A stretch of 64,000 nt of DNA from NCBI GenBank assembly GCA_011109175.1, contig RDEW01000007.1, forward strand, positions 1,192,295-1,256,294. The letters are read 5' to 3'. The DNA is from Dicyema japonicum (Eukaryota; Animalia; Dicyemida). Of this stretch, positions 10,548 to 23,955 are shown piece by piece. Below the pieces are notes generated by a model, which was not told where the DNA came from, ran no database searches, and was given only the letters and a program-made list of their open reading frames with translations. Positions within the stretch are counted from its first letter, which is position 1. Each line of letters starts with the position of its first letter. The position numbers were made by a program, and so were the translations under genes.

Positions 10548-12674
10548 AACTGCACGCTGACTATTCTACAATTAAATGTAAATTAACTCCGCAATAAAGT
10601 GTTGGAATTACGATCTCTCTTATCCCATTTGAGAGTGGACATTGCCCTCATCCAAGAATCGAAGCTCTCTATAAACTCCCCACACTTGTTTTCCTGGATA
10701 TTGTGTACTTCGAAAGGATTGAACAAGAAGTCTCGGAGGAGGATTATTGACTATCGTTTAGGATAGACTTAAATTTACGGATGTCGCCCTTCTGTATCTT
10801 TTCTCTGCGAAGGGGATCTTATTCTGGAACAGATTTCTATTAAAGTTCCCTTTTCTTCGACGAGATGCTTTACATTGTGTAATGTCTATATCCCGCCTCA
10901 GGGGTCATGTACTACTTCCTACATTCCCAACCTATTGAGACTGTGTGGACTAAAGGATCTGCTACTATGCGGAGACCTAAATGCCAAACATCCACTCTGG
11001 CTCCGGACACAATTAGCCGACAGTCGCGGCAAGTACATCGTTTCCTTACTAAGGATTTGACTATCCTCAATGACCCGGACGCTCACACAAAGACCCCGTC
11101 CCTCAGAACAGTCCAACATCCCCGGACCTGTCCCTCTGCTCTCCTTCTATGGCTGGATGTATTTCATGGAATGTTCGTTATGGTTTCTCAAGCGATTATA
11201 ACCCCATTGTGTTGAGACTTAGAAGGCTATTTGTTCACCGTGTTGTCTACAAAGTTCAAAAATTACTTGAAAGCTGACTGGTAAGGTTTCAGGCGTATGT
11301 GGACAATAGTCTCCTTGACCTTACTATGGTTAATTGTACAGTAGAGAAGACGGCCAAGAGCATATCTGCTATCATTTTGAAAGCTGATAAACTATTTATA
11401 CCTGTCGCCTCTTACAAGAAGTTTAAGATTATCATCGCAAATTGTGTCACTCATCAAGAAAAGATGCGCTGAAGAGAAAAGAACGCAGACCAATAACTCT
11501 TTCTACTCCATACGTTCACTGAATACCAAATTATCTGAGCTTATCCGAACTAACAACAGACTCAAATGGAGCCGCCTAGTTGGACGACTATGTCACAAAA
11601 ACTCTTGTGCCACATTTTGGAAAACGCTAAGAAAGATCAATAGCCTTATAAATGAGGAGGACCGCGGAACTGAGGCCGGTACCCGCAACGCTTCGGAACC
11701 CATACACAAACTTATGAAGTACTACGTATCGATCAGCCATAAAGATTTTTCTTGTTCTACACTTGTTGAACGGCGCCGGCCGCAACAAGAACAGTATTTC
11801 ACTTTCTTCATCCCCCATGATGTTGACAAAGCTATTAAATTGCTACGTCCCACTTGTGCTTGAGGTCCCGACGGTATTTGCACTATTCATCTTAAACACC
11901 TTAGATCTCAGGCACGGGCCACCACTAATCATGACTGTACAACGACTCTATCAACTACCATACGCTACCTAATATATGGAAAAACTTCCCTGATTACGCC
12001 AATCCTAAAGCCTAGAAAACCAAAAGACGTTCTTACTGTTCCATCTCAATAATTTGTGTTTTATCAAAAATACTAAAAAAGATTGTATTAATGCGCATAT
12101 CTCCTGTTCTACATCTACTAGCGTTTCAACATGGTCTCAGGGCAGACCAATCTACAACGACTCATTTGGTTCTATCTCCCAGTTTTCAACATGAGGAACA
12201 CACTTACGGACAGCCTTAGTATCCATCGACATACAGAAGGCCTTTGATTCTGTTTCGAGGAAACTCCTAACGCATAAGATTTTTAATTAGAATTTACATC
12301 TGAATATCAAGCTATGGCTGGAAAATTTCTAAACTAGACGACGCGGAAGGGTACGGATTGACAAAACCACTTCAAAATCAAGATTACTCCCCAATGGGGT
12401 CCCACAAGGCTCCCCTTTATCTCCTCTCCTTTTCAACCTATTTCTACATGATTTACCTACTACCATGACCAAGACACTATGTTTTTATCCTATGCGGACG
12501 ACCTAGTTATCGCTGCAAGGATAAATCTCCTTCCATGGCTGTAGCAACTGTTCAGTCACACCTAAACAGAATATGTGACTGGCTATCTGCAAATATGTTA
12601 TGTGTGTCAGCATCTAAATCCCAGTTCACCATTTTCACTATTGATAGAAGATTTAAAAATGGATTCGAACTGTT

Positions 12675-12995
12675 TTTTTGCAAGCAAGTCATACTTGCAT
12701 TTTTTCTCTACCTCCACAGTCTGCAAACGGTCTTGAGACGTGATGCCAACCTCTATGATAAGGACTTGGCCTGACTCCTTATCGTGTACCACAATGTCCG
12801 GTTTATTGTGCTTGACTAGCACCGAGGTACGGATAACACTGTCTACCTTAATTTGAACTCCACGGATCATAACATCTATCTCATCATACTCTTTGGGCTC
12901 ATACTCCACAACACCTATGTAGTAGTTTAGCAGCGAGACAGCATACTCATTTAATGCTAGGAACAAATTCCTTGCATTTAGAGACGTCTTACATA
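12675..12995 (-). mobile_element. R4/Dong-like RLE element fragment (internally deleted)
   Basis: NLFLALNEYAVSLLNYYIG (RT thumb) is joined to KHNKPDIVVHDK...IIEVGITSQD...VEVEKKCKYDLLA. Confidence 0.75.
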
Positions 12996-12999
12996 ATGA

Positions 13000-13620
13000 A
13001 GTAGATGATGTGATAGCTAGCGTACAAGCCTCTATTAGAAAGAACCAAAAGCGAAAATTGTTTTTTCCGAAATTGGAATTCCTCCCAAAGTCGTATTGAC
13101 GAGATGAGGTACTTGGTTGAAGGCTGCATCTTTTTATTCAAAAAATTTAATCCAAGTGATTAACATTTTAAGGACGAAGGCATTTTAGTAACTTCTACTA
13201 AGAATGCATTGAAGAGTGAAAAAATAGTACAGAGCATATGCGCTATTTTGCATAACTATTCACATACTCCAGGTTTTTCTTATGTAGTAATTTATCACAT
13301 AGAAAAAATACTACAATTTGAAAGATATGAGAGTACGCATATTCGACGCTTAGTGCCTTATAATAGAATTTATGAAATATAAAACAAAGGTCTAACAATA
13401 TTTGGAGACGTTAATTTTGGAAAGCGACCTAACTAAAATTATTAATATGGAATGTAAAAATGTGTTTCCTGAAGATTATTCGTTCCTTCTAAATTGTCAG
13501 CCATCCTCGGCATCTGTCGAAAGATGTTTTTCGCAATTCAAGAGTTTTTTGAGGACAAACAGAAACTTTTGACACGAAATCTGGAAAATTACGTAATGTC
13601 CATTATCAATAAATAGTTTT
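13000..13620 (+). mobile_element. hAT-like transposase remnant (TRWGTW type)
   Basis: IGIPPKVVLTR*GTWLKAA and CQPSSASVERCFSQFKSFLRTNRNF. Related remnants at 28290-28800 and 55880-56790. Confidence 0.6.
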
Positions 13621-14849
13621 TGTCTTTTATTGTTTCGTATCTATATTTTACAAGATTAAATTGAGAATAAATAAAGTTAAATTATTTAATTTTAAGGTTA
13701 AAAAATGTTTGTTCTACTAATAAGTAATCCATTTGAGATTCTGTAGTTCAAAAAGTTTTTTGTAAACTCCAAGTAAACGTTTGGTTACATCTTCTTACTT
13801 ATCCCTGGGACTGTGGATGCCTCTGACGACTAACTTTCTGTAGAACATTAAATTCTAAATTTTCATTATTTGGTGGACGTCTTGAACTGGTTTGTGTTCT
13901 TCTTTTGTGGACAGTTTGGAATCTTCTAAATAAAATAATTCTTTCTTTTTATGAGTGATTTTTCCATCTTCGTTAGATTCTCACCCATAACTTTGACTTA
14001 CGAGGATGATATTATTTAATGGACAGGTCGAAGAATTCGGTGCTCTCAGAAGACTAAATGATTATATGAGTATTATTGAAGATGGTGTATCATGAGAGGA
14101 TTATAACTCGAATGCGAAAAGTCTAACGCTCAACAAATTAGTCAGGAAATAACTAAATCAAGAATACACACTTCAGGTAAAGAATTTCCATTCACTACGC
14201 TATTTGGGAGTAGAAATTGATCGTTGTGGAGTCAATCAAGTGTGTGCTCGAGGCGAGGATAAGTGGTTTTATGATAAGAACCAATGTCCAGAACTCTTAC
14301 ATATAGACGAGACCTTCCTAGGGATAAGAGGAAAACTGGCGAAGTGTTAAAGCATGACTATAAATACTTTTACATTCCGACTATCTTCTGTTCATTAATA
14401 AACTAGACCGTTAACTTTCGGTTAATACGGCTTTAACAATTACAACGATGTGCTCCTTATTCTCAGCCTAGACTCAGTCAAACATTATAAAAATATGTTA
14501 TTCCTAGAATTCTTAAAACATTAATTTTTAAATCTTTGGCGAATAAACTTGTCAGTGATCTTTGAAAAAACTGACAGTAGATCAATATTAAATTTTTTTT
14601 ATGTTTAAAGCCTTTCATGAACACTAGCAGACTGCGATCTAAGTGAACTGTGCATCTAATATGCTGTACGAAGTTCTACTCACATAAAGTGAATCATGAG
14701 TCTAGTAAAGTAAGAGAACTCTTTCTAATTCGGATTCTCTCTTTTTTAATCAAATTTGTCTCTATTTAATTTAAAACATCTAGCAAAATAATGTTTCCAA
14801 AATCCACACTAAAAGAATAACTCCCTCTTGGTAAACAATTAATATAATT

Positions 14850-14975
14850 CTATCATCAGTGCAAATTTCACTGCGGAACTGGATCATCTATAAAGGACAC
14901 ACGCAACAAAAAGAAAAAATAAGAGCACTCCTTGGTTCTCCCACTAAGTTTAGTCATTATGAGCATTAATATATT
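14850..14975 (+). mobile_element. SINE-A 3' fragment
   Basis: 'tcatcagtg...actgcggaactggat...acac.caa...cttggttct' matches the SINE-A body. Confidence 0.55.
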
Positions 14976-15016
14976 TATTACATAAAATAACCAAAAACCC
15001 CATTAACGAGCTATAT

Positions 15017-17420
15017 CTACTTTTTGGGTAAATCATGTCCTCTCTTATTTTTATTCTTCACTCGAAATATCCTAACCATCCAATGAGCGCTAGTAAAAGC
15101 CTCATCTAAGATATCAAACTCCTTATCTGTAAAAGGTATCTGCTGATTCCTCACTCTGTCAACACTCCCATCTAAACTAATCACCAGAACTCAGCACCTG
15201 TAGAAGTGGCCTCCGCAAACCTATAATAGGACATTCTGTACATCATTGAGTTTCTCATCGTCTCAGTTGCCTTTTCATCCACTTTATATTGGTAATCATG
15301 AGTGAAGTAATTAATTTCATGAATATGTTTCCCACGTGGGGTTCGAGCCAATTCTAACCATCCAAAGAAAAACTTGTTTATATCTGAGTTGTGAAATCAA
15401 ACAGCAACCATCAGAAGAGTAACCAATCAGTCCCCCAAATACAACAAGCACATAATCTACATCCAATTCGTCTATAATAGAGTAGGAAATGCTCTCGTTA
15501 CTTGCCATTGCCTAAAAGCTAAGATTTTCGAGTCAACCTGTCCAACAAGGGAGATGTGCGTATTATTCCATGTATTATTGTCCACAAGTATAGTTCTGTT
15601 ACTCAGAACCGACAGTTGGTATCCATAATCCCACCATGACATGATTTTGACGTTCTCGGCAGTGTTGTGTCTCAACCACGTGTAGGCTTCTCTGTAATCG
15701 TCGATTATGTAGTGATTGTAGCCATCGTGTCTTCCAGTAGGTACACAAATCATCGGATTCGAGAAATCGTGGTGTGCCATTCTGAGGGAGTGGCTAGAAA
15801 ATCTGTTGACATAAAGCAATCCCAGGGCAGTCAGGAACAGGCACGATATCTACAAGTAAATAACAAAACTCACATAATAATCAATTTTTGAGTATCTTTT
15901 CCCACTCTTATTGTACCTCATATATATTTTCACGAGAGTTCTAAGGACCTCCACTAACCCGATTGCGGCAATAATGCAGAAAATTGGGGAAAGAACCAAA
16001 ATAAGACGAACCATAATTCCCTTAAATAAATATGAGACTATTACTGAGAAATATGTTGTTGTGATCCCAAAAAGAATCGAAAAAATGCACAAGTCATCGT
16101 TTTTCTTAATAAGATAGTAACAACCGACTGAAAATGAGACCAAAAATCACCTGGAAAAAAGAACAGTAAAACGTGAAAGTTCACGTAAAAACTTGCCCAT
16201 GTGGTGGGCTGGTGTTCAGCAACTGAAGCTATTATGGGAATATGAGCTATGGCATATGACGGGTCAAAAATTGAATAATATCTACCAGTCCAAGGAGTTA
16301 TTTCTATAAGTTATACACCCACGTGACTTACTTCCGAGGACCAAGAGAATACTTGTAGCGAACACAGCCACCCCAAATAACATAGACAAGGTCCATTTAA
16401 TTAGCAAGTTGAAGCTCTTCTTATACATTCTACTCTTCAGCCACGAGTAAAAACCCAGGAGTTGGCATAAACCGAAGACTCCCAATGCCTGCCTTTAAGA
16501 CAGATTCTTACCCCCAAATGTTCCGATGAGGTAACAGGTTGAGCTCCTACAAAAGGAATCTGCATGGAAAGGATGGTCCCAACAACATAAAACTAGAAAA
16601 TCAGTTACATGTTTTACAGTCGAATAAGCCACGTAGTGAACGGAAGAAAACCTTCCCATTAACATAATAGCAAGCACGTGGATAGGAATGAGGTTAATCA
16701 CAAAGATGTAGCCACCCCACGAGGATGCCTAAATATGTTAAGTCACGGTACCATATAAAAGTAAAAAATGGCAGATAAAACGGAATATAAAACTGAGCCA
16801 AACTTAATGGCTTTTATCCAAAACAGGAAGGTCATGAGCATACAGGCGATTGCTATTCCCTCGTTGTCAAAGGACCCCCCGGTACTCCTGGACATGTAAG
16901 CTGGGACGATGGAAATAAAGATGGCCGAAAAGAACCCTGTGATCTTGCCCTGCAATGAAAACAATTCATAAACTTGGAGTTCCTTTCCGATGGAGTAAGT
17001 CATCAAAGAAGAAAGCATCGAAAATATAGGAGCCACGAAAACACAGACGTCGCTTACTTTGACTGGAATCTTGACCATGTGGAAGAAATTGTGAATCACC
17101 TGGGCTGTGACCATCATCCCGGTGAACATGGTAGCACCCACTTCTCTTCCCAAAGGGTACCAAGCAGTATCATCAAACCAGTTATTGAGTTCATAAAACC
17201 CGTTCTTTACCAGAAAGTCGGTTGTCCGGTAGTTGAAATGAGGGTCAAATTCATGAACAATAGATCCGTACATCAAGATTGAGTACAAGCGGGACAGATA
17301 TGCTAAAAGACAGATTAGAATAAGAATAATGGGTTCCAAATAGGAACGAATTACGAGTCCTTTCCTTGCTGGGATATTTAAGGAATAAAGGGACATTAAA
17401 TTCCGCAGAGTCTGTTGCAT
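15017..17420 (-). CDS. STT3: Oligosaccharyltransferase catalytic subunit STT3 (multi-exon, ~23-25-nt introns)
   Basis: Motifs [66 protein letters not shown] and [17 protein letters not shown]. Start at ATG 17420 (or 17396); stop TAG 15017-15019. Confidence 0.95.
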
Positions 17421-18059
17421 TGAAATTGACACGTATTTAAATTTTAAATATTTTTTATTAAATCAATTTTAATGGTTTGATTTAAAATAAAAAAATATTT
17501 TAATTATTAATTAACTGTCCCGCTCAACAGACGCCTTCGGAAGAGGTACCAGTCCACTATAGAATCGATAAAAGATTATGTTGAGAGGCTCGAATCGCTT
17601 AATAGTCAATGGTTGACACTTACTTTCTTTGTGGTCTTAGGTTACTGAATAACTAATACTTAAATGCATTGATCATTGATGTAGTTAACTCATAACCGCA
17701 AGCCCAATGTCCTGGAAGAATCATCGTGTCGTAGTATGCTCTTCTTTATTGATCCTGCGAGATGGCTGATCATAGTCTCTACAGAGATAGGTTGAAAGAA
17801 GATTTTGTCTGTTAATGCATCATGTTTCTTATTTTTCCTTCTTCCTCTACACTAGCGGCCGACCCTGCGTGCATAGAGGGTCTAAGAAGATTGTATTTAA
17901 GAAATTGTCAGTGTATATGTGGCGTTCCACATAGGTAACTCCTCTTTTATTTCATGGCATAGTGGTTTCTTATCATTTCCCCTGTTGAGGTATATAGGGT
18001 AAGTATTCACTAATCTGAGGAGTTCAACTTAAAGAAATGCTTGGACAAATTTCAGGAGC

Positions 18060-19047
18060 ATTATTTCTAAATTCATCCATTTAATTCCAACAATTATTTA
18101 TTCTGTCCCTGTTTCTGGACTCCATGCTTCTCCGACAAATGCGATAACTTGTCGCAAATACGATAAGTTTGAAGAAAGTAAGATTGAATAACTTTGACAA
18201 ATGTGACATCGAGAGTTATCAAGAATTAAAATTTGTCGATTCTGTAAGAACATTTTATTATTAATTCTTTTTAACCAATTGCTGAAAATCACTATTCATC
18301 CATGCATTCTATTCTAGCCGCGATAAGAAATTTCCCTTTCGGAAATGAAGTTCCTTGCTGAGGCTTCAAAAATTTTTTGCTTCAAGGCGCAAGAAAGCTT
18401 ATCTAGCATGGTTTATTTATTTTATTTAACCCCGGATACACCGAGAAAAAGTTAAAGTAACAACTAGTTAGTGTACCAGTTCCACTGCTACAGAAACAAA
18501 GTTCATCCGATCAGCATAAAAGGAAAAATACGTCATACTTGCAGTTGTGGAACCCCTCCAGTGGAGTGGGGAGGGCAAATAATCCTTTTTCGTGACGGCC
18601 TGGCACTGGGCGTCACCTAGACAGGTGGATCACATGAAGCCACTCTAGTAGGAAGAGAGGAGAGAAACAACGAACAAGCAGACAGGTGGATCACATGAAG
18701 CCACTCTAGTAGGAAGAGAGGAGAGAAACAACGAACAAGCAGACAGTGGATCACTGAGCCACTCTAGTAAGAGAGCAACGAACAAGCAGAAATTCAACTA
18801 ATTAGCGAAGCACCACTCGCCGCGCGGATGAAAATTTCAAAATTCTTTAAAAATGGCACGCTATATTAAGAATAATAAATAAATTTTTATTTAATAAAAA
18901 TGCCCCAATAAGCGGGGTCGATGATTTTTATTTATTATTCTATTGGTCGGAAATTAAATAAACTATCATAAAATGAACTTTATAAAAAAGTGCCCCATAT
19001 ATAGAGGGTGCTTCAATCCGGGGTTTTATTGGGACGGGGTCGTACTG
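18060..19047 (-). mobile_element. pogo/Tigger-like DNA transposon remnant, interrupted by SINE-B
   Basis: DDE_1-like FSNWLKRINNKM...QILILDNSRCH. Terminus TA|CAGTACGACCCCG on the minus strand at ~19047. Confidence 0.65.
18412..18828 (-). mobile_element. SINE-B full-length copy with an internal ~61-bp triplication
   Basis: Reverse complement of 5630-5960 with a (TAAA)n tail at 18412-18428. Unit 'acaggtggatcacatgaagccactctagtaggaagagaggagagaaacaacgaacaagcag' occurs three times at 18621-18790, the third copy degenerate. Confidence 0.8.
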
Positions 19048-19559
19048 TACTTCTTTTTCAGCAAGAATAGAGTTTTTAACTTTTAGAAATTTCTTTGAGA
19101 CAGCGAAATGACTATTTTTTATCATAACTGTTTTCAGTACTGAGACATGCAAAAGCGGTCAAACAAGATTGTCTCCAAAATCTTGACTAACTGCCAACAA
19201 GGGAAAATATATTCCAAGCAGTTCTTGACATTATACAAATTCCTGTTATAATAATCTACGTTTTCGGCATGTCTACCAGAAGACAGAAATCCTACATAGC
19301 AGGAATCGAGGTTTCAAGGACTTCAGCAATAGACGAGTTTCCACTGACAGTTTAACTTAAATTATTATTTTATTGCACAAGGATCACTGGTTCATAAGAT
19401 AAGTGATCCAATGCCGACAAGAGTTAGGTCGATAGATGCGAGGACGGACATCATGTATTGCTCTTGGCATTGGCAAGAGGTTAATTAATATTTCTGGGAA
19501 TTTTCATCTCGGTTTCCTACTTGGAGAACATGATGACATGAAAAACAGGAAAATCAATA

Positions 19560-21480
19560 AGTCAACAGGAGAAAACACCAGTTTGACTATACAATACATT
19601 CATAATTAAAATTTTAACATATACCGGCATTCCCGAGGCCCTCCTCATACATTTTCATAACACGTCTTACCATTGCAGACATCACTTCATTCTTAGGCGG
19701 AAGATTTTTCATAATGATAATTTTCACCAGTGGATTTGGTCTGGGAAGGTAGGAAGATCCCTTTCAACTACTGTGTCGTGCCAGAAGGACTCGTCGCCTG
19801 CAGTGGGATCTGTTTGACGAGAATTGAATTAATTTTCCGGATTCGATCTCAACTATCAGATCCGATGTTACTTTCAGCCAAGAAGACCAGCGATAACAAG
19901 ACTGTGAACCATCATTAGAGAATATTAGCCAGAAAGGACTGTGAAAAAGTTATATACTCAGAGATCAGAGATAATTTTCGAAGACCAGTGGGAACTTGCT
20001 TGGCATGTTCTATGGTCGAACATTTAAACCCCAGCCTTCTACAGGAGTTAGCATACTGAGAACTAAACAGTGTGACAAGCGGATCTTTCAAGAAATCATA
20101 TATTCTGTCGCGCCTAAATCGAAAGCGGACCAGGACAAGACGTGATCCATCTAGAATCAGCAAAGGCACGGCGACGAATCTGATAGTCCAATTCTACTCA
20201 TATTCATATAAATTCGAATTGTGGCCGAAGTAGAGACGCAGATAAGCTTTTAAAACCATTTTTATGGTCATTTTGGAAAACGGGAGTATAATTTATGTAA
20301 GATATATTATTTAATCACTTCGAGAATTAAGTTATTAATATTTTTTCTTTTTTAAGATCAAAGAGACAATTGTTGGTGGAAAGTCTTTGGTCATGTTCCT
20401 CGATTAAATATGCGTGGAAAAATGCTTAACAATAACAACCAACGAAAAATATGGAGGTAGACATAAGACGACTCGCCAGGAACTGACTTATAGCACAAAC
20501 ATAACAGCTATATTATAACCTGAACTAGGAGTTAGCTAGAGGGTTTTATTATAGTCCTGCCTTTATGGCCTGGACACTTCGCACGTCCCCCATCTTCTTA
20601 ATTACTAACTTGGTTGTAGGAATTCAGGATTTTCATTCTCTCTTGGAAACCACGAATCCTGTCCTCATTGGGATAAGTATCTCATCTTCCTTTATGTTCA
20701 GGTTGTCTTGTAACCTTTTGCCCAACGCCAACTTTATCGGCGCCCTTCTTGACTTTCCCGTTAACGATGGTATCCTGTACTTCTTCGTAGACATACCATG
20801 CTTAACAAACATGTAACAAACTGGGCAGGAATATTCTCAGGAATATAAATACGAACGTATCTGTGCCGACAAAATAATTTTCGCGAACAAACGAGTGACT
20901 GTAGAGCTCTTTTTATTCTTAGTTCAACATCCTCAAGAAATGAGCCTTCATGATTTCATGATCAATTGTAACACCCAAGAAGAGTAAACTCACTCTCGGC
21001 ACTCCAAGCGGGTATGGCTGACCATGGTGTCGTTTGAATCGACTAATTATAAAGGAGTTCGACTTTTCCATGGAGAGCTTCATTTCCCTCCGGTCGCACC
21101 AGTTTTGAATATAACTAATGTATTTCTTGAGTCTCCTATCTGATAAAGTTGACTTGCCAGACATATCCATTATTAGGATATCATCCGTATATATATGTAG
21201 TTGTGATTTCCCAATCCGGTGGGATCGGGAAATCTGACATGAAGATGTTGAACAGTACATGGCTTAACACAGAGCCCTGAGGGACGTCTTTCGCATATGA
21301 GATATCTTCGGATACTTATCTCCAATACGCACTTGAGATATCCTACCGGTCAGGAAATTCATCAGCCATAAAAACAGGAATCTTGGAATATCCGCTGATA
21401 CCAGTCTAGATATGAGGGCTTCAAGCCACTGGCTTATAAAATAAATATGGCTTAGTATTGCTTCCAATCGATGTCTCCAG
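19560..21480 (-). mobile_element. Degraded non-LTR RT remnants (CR1/L2/Jockey-like)
   Basis: WLMNFLTGRISQVRIG, LHIYTDD and FLGVTIDH in fragmented minus ORFs. Probably two separate remnants. Confidence 0.55.
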
Positions 21481-21699
21481 AGAATTCGATAATAGTTCCA
21501 TCATAATGTGTTTGTGAAGAAAGCTGGAAAGTCTAAAAATACAAGTGATAAGAAACAACTCTAAATCGATTCAGAGATCCATAATTAAACTTTTAAATAA
21601 TTAATTAAATAATTAATACATCAATTAAATTATTAATTTAAAATATCACGTTTTAATCATCGTGCTATTCGTTTGTTTCGTGGTCCATATTTTAGATAA

Positions 21700-22156
21700 A
21701 TGAAATTTAATCCATTTGTGAGTTCGTCAAGAAGAAAGTCTAGGAGACGTCACTTTCAAGCTCCTGCTCATATCAGACATAAATTGATGAGTTCCTGTTT
21801 GGAAAGAGGACTTCGTTCCCAATTCAGCAAGAAGTCTCTGCCCATTCGCAAGGATGATGAAGTCAAGGTAGTTCTTATTCAATAATTTAGATCCTCCGTG
21901 GACGTCACCGAGGGACAGAAAATGTTAAGGTTGTCCGTGTCTGCGGAAGAAATTTATGGTCTACCTCGAGAGGATTCAGCGCTCGAAGGTTAATGGGGTC
22001 TCAGTCAACATTGGCATTCATCCATCCAATGTACTTTTTTTGGGTATTTTTAGCTTATGATAACCAAACCAAAAATGGACAACTACAGGAAAGATATTAT
22101 TAAGAAAAAGGCCAATGTATTCTGAGAAATACACAGAAGCCACTGTTGCTAATTAA
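21700..22156 (+). CDS. RPL26: 60S ribosomal protein L26 (uL24); two 23-nt introns and two apparent 1-nt indels
   Basis: [31 protein letters not shown]...PIRKDDEVK | ILRGRHRG...[29 protein letters not shown] | LMITKPKMD. Introns 21868-21890 and 22031-22053. As written the stop is at 22123-25; a shifted frame gives a typical C-terminus ([10 protein letters not shown]) ending 22156. Confidence 0.93.
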
Positions 22157-23955
22157 CGCTCTCTTTGGTCGTTTATTTTGTTAGTTTCTATTTTTAAGAC
22201 TATGTTTGTTATCCCATGTTTAAGCATAGTTATAGAGATCGTTGATACCTCTAAGAGTATATATTTGGTTTCTGTGGATGCATTCCTAATGAGCCTTGTT
22301 CAAATGAACATGCAGGAGAATTATTACTGAGACGAAAGAACGAGTATGTGCGCAGATATTTGCAGTGCGTCTAGTGCCTGTAAGTTGTTTTAGTATTATT
22401 GTTGCTGATTGCCTCCCACAAGTAAATAGGACCCTCGTGGGTGTCACCTGGCTGCAAACCATAAATTGTTCCCTGGGTACGATATTAGATGAGAATTCTG
22501 GTATGTCCTCTTTGAATAAATTTAAAAGCAGAAGACGTGCTAGTAGTCTGCAGCTAGTATCACTGCGTGTCATTGCATCAAAGCATTTTTTGAGCCTGTT
22601 TTTTGTAATCCAGACACAGTTACTTGCACTGTCTTATGTAATTACCTATACTAGATTCTCGTGTCGACGACGGACGTCGCAAATTGCAATAAGTAGGTTA
22701 TTTGGGGGTACATATGATCTTTGAGTCTTAATTGCAACATACGGTTCAGTTAAAGTGAACCATGTCTGATTGAGCGCCCAACTACAGTGGAGTTGTAACC
22801 GAGCTGTGCATTTGAGTGCTATCCATGGAATGGCTTACTTTTTGACTATCGCTGGGCATTTGAATCGAAGATAGTCAGGCACGACTTCAATAAAATATTC
22901 TATACAACAAAAAAGTTTACAATCGATGCACATCGACTCTAATTTAAACATCAACGAAGCTTGTTTGTATTTTTGAATATTTAGATTCATTGATCTACCA
23001 GTATGCATGCCGGATGAGCGTCCATACTTTAACCTCCAAAAGATAGAACATTTAGTCAGTTATTTAAAGTATCAAAATACACTGATTATAGAATTAACGA
23101 GTTTTTACAATGATCAATGAAACTAAAATCGGCAGTTGCAGTTATGTAGTTGTATTAACTGGAAACGTACGACTTCCGAAGAAGAATCACCTGGTAGAAT
23201 GCAAATCGCTAAAATCACATCACTACCATATTAAAACGAAAATTTTTACTATTGATTTCCTATGCGGCCACGTATATGATTTCTGGTATCATTTTTATCT
23301 TTTTGAAAGTGATGTACTGTCTGTCACATGGTACATGTTTCACCCATCTTCTATATCAGGGGTTCCCAAACTTATTCAGGTCATGCCTCCTTTAACAAAC
23401 TATTAAAAATATCGCTTACCGGGAAAACCTATATAATAACGAATTGGAAATAAAATTTTAATAATTAATGTGAACAATGATGTCGCAAAAAGTTAGACAC
23501 AAGTTTTTCAATATTCGGGTTCATGTTTGTAAGCCTAATTCGTAGATCTCCTCTTTCAACAATGTCCAATCGGTTTCTTCATTTGGTAATTTGCTGTGAT
23601 ACAATACTGAAGCCTCTCACAACCAAATAAGAAGTGGGGAAAGCAATAAAAAAAATTTGATTTTTTCCATAACAGAATATTTTTCAGGAATATTTTTTGT
23701 GACCAAAATCTTGATAAGACCGGTGTTAAAAGTGGGTTTAATTTCAAAATCGTTTTTAACATAATTAGTTCCTTTTGACAACAAGATTCAACGTCATCTA
23801 CATTCTGAGAGGGTCTATTACCCAAGCTGGAACTTGAGAAAAGCAGAAATAAGTGACTTGCCTAAATTAATTTTAAAAATAATACCTTGATTAATTAAAA
23901 TCAGAAAATTGTAATTTCACATTAAGTTCATTAAATTTAGCAAAAATATCCACTA

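Larger units (their letters stand above)
10377..12675 (+). mobile_element. Degraded Ingi-clade non-LTR retrotransposon (5' HDV-like fold, 2A-like peptide, APE, RT)
   Basis: LLLLSGDVEPYPRP is followed by APE (TILQLNVN, IALIQESK, NVYIPP, GDLNAKHPLW) and RT (GPDGI, DIQKAFDSV, GVPQGSPLSPLLFN, YADD). Many stops and frameshifts. Cut at ~12675 by an R4-like insertion. Confidence 0.8.
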
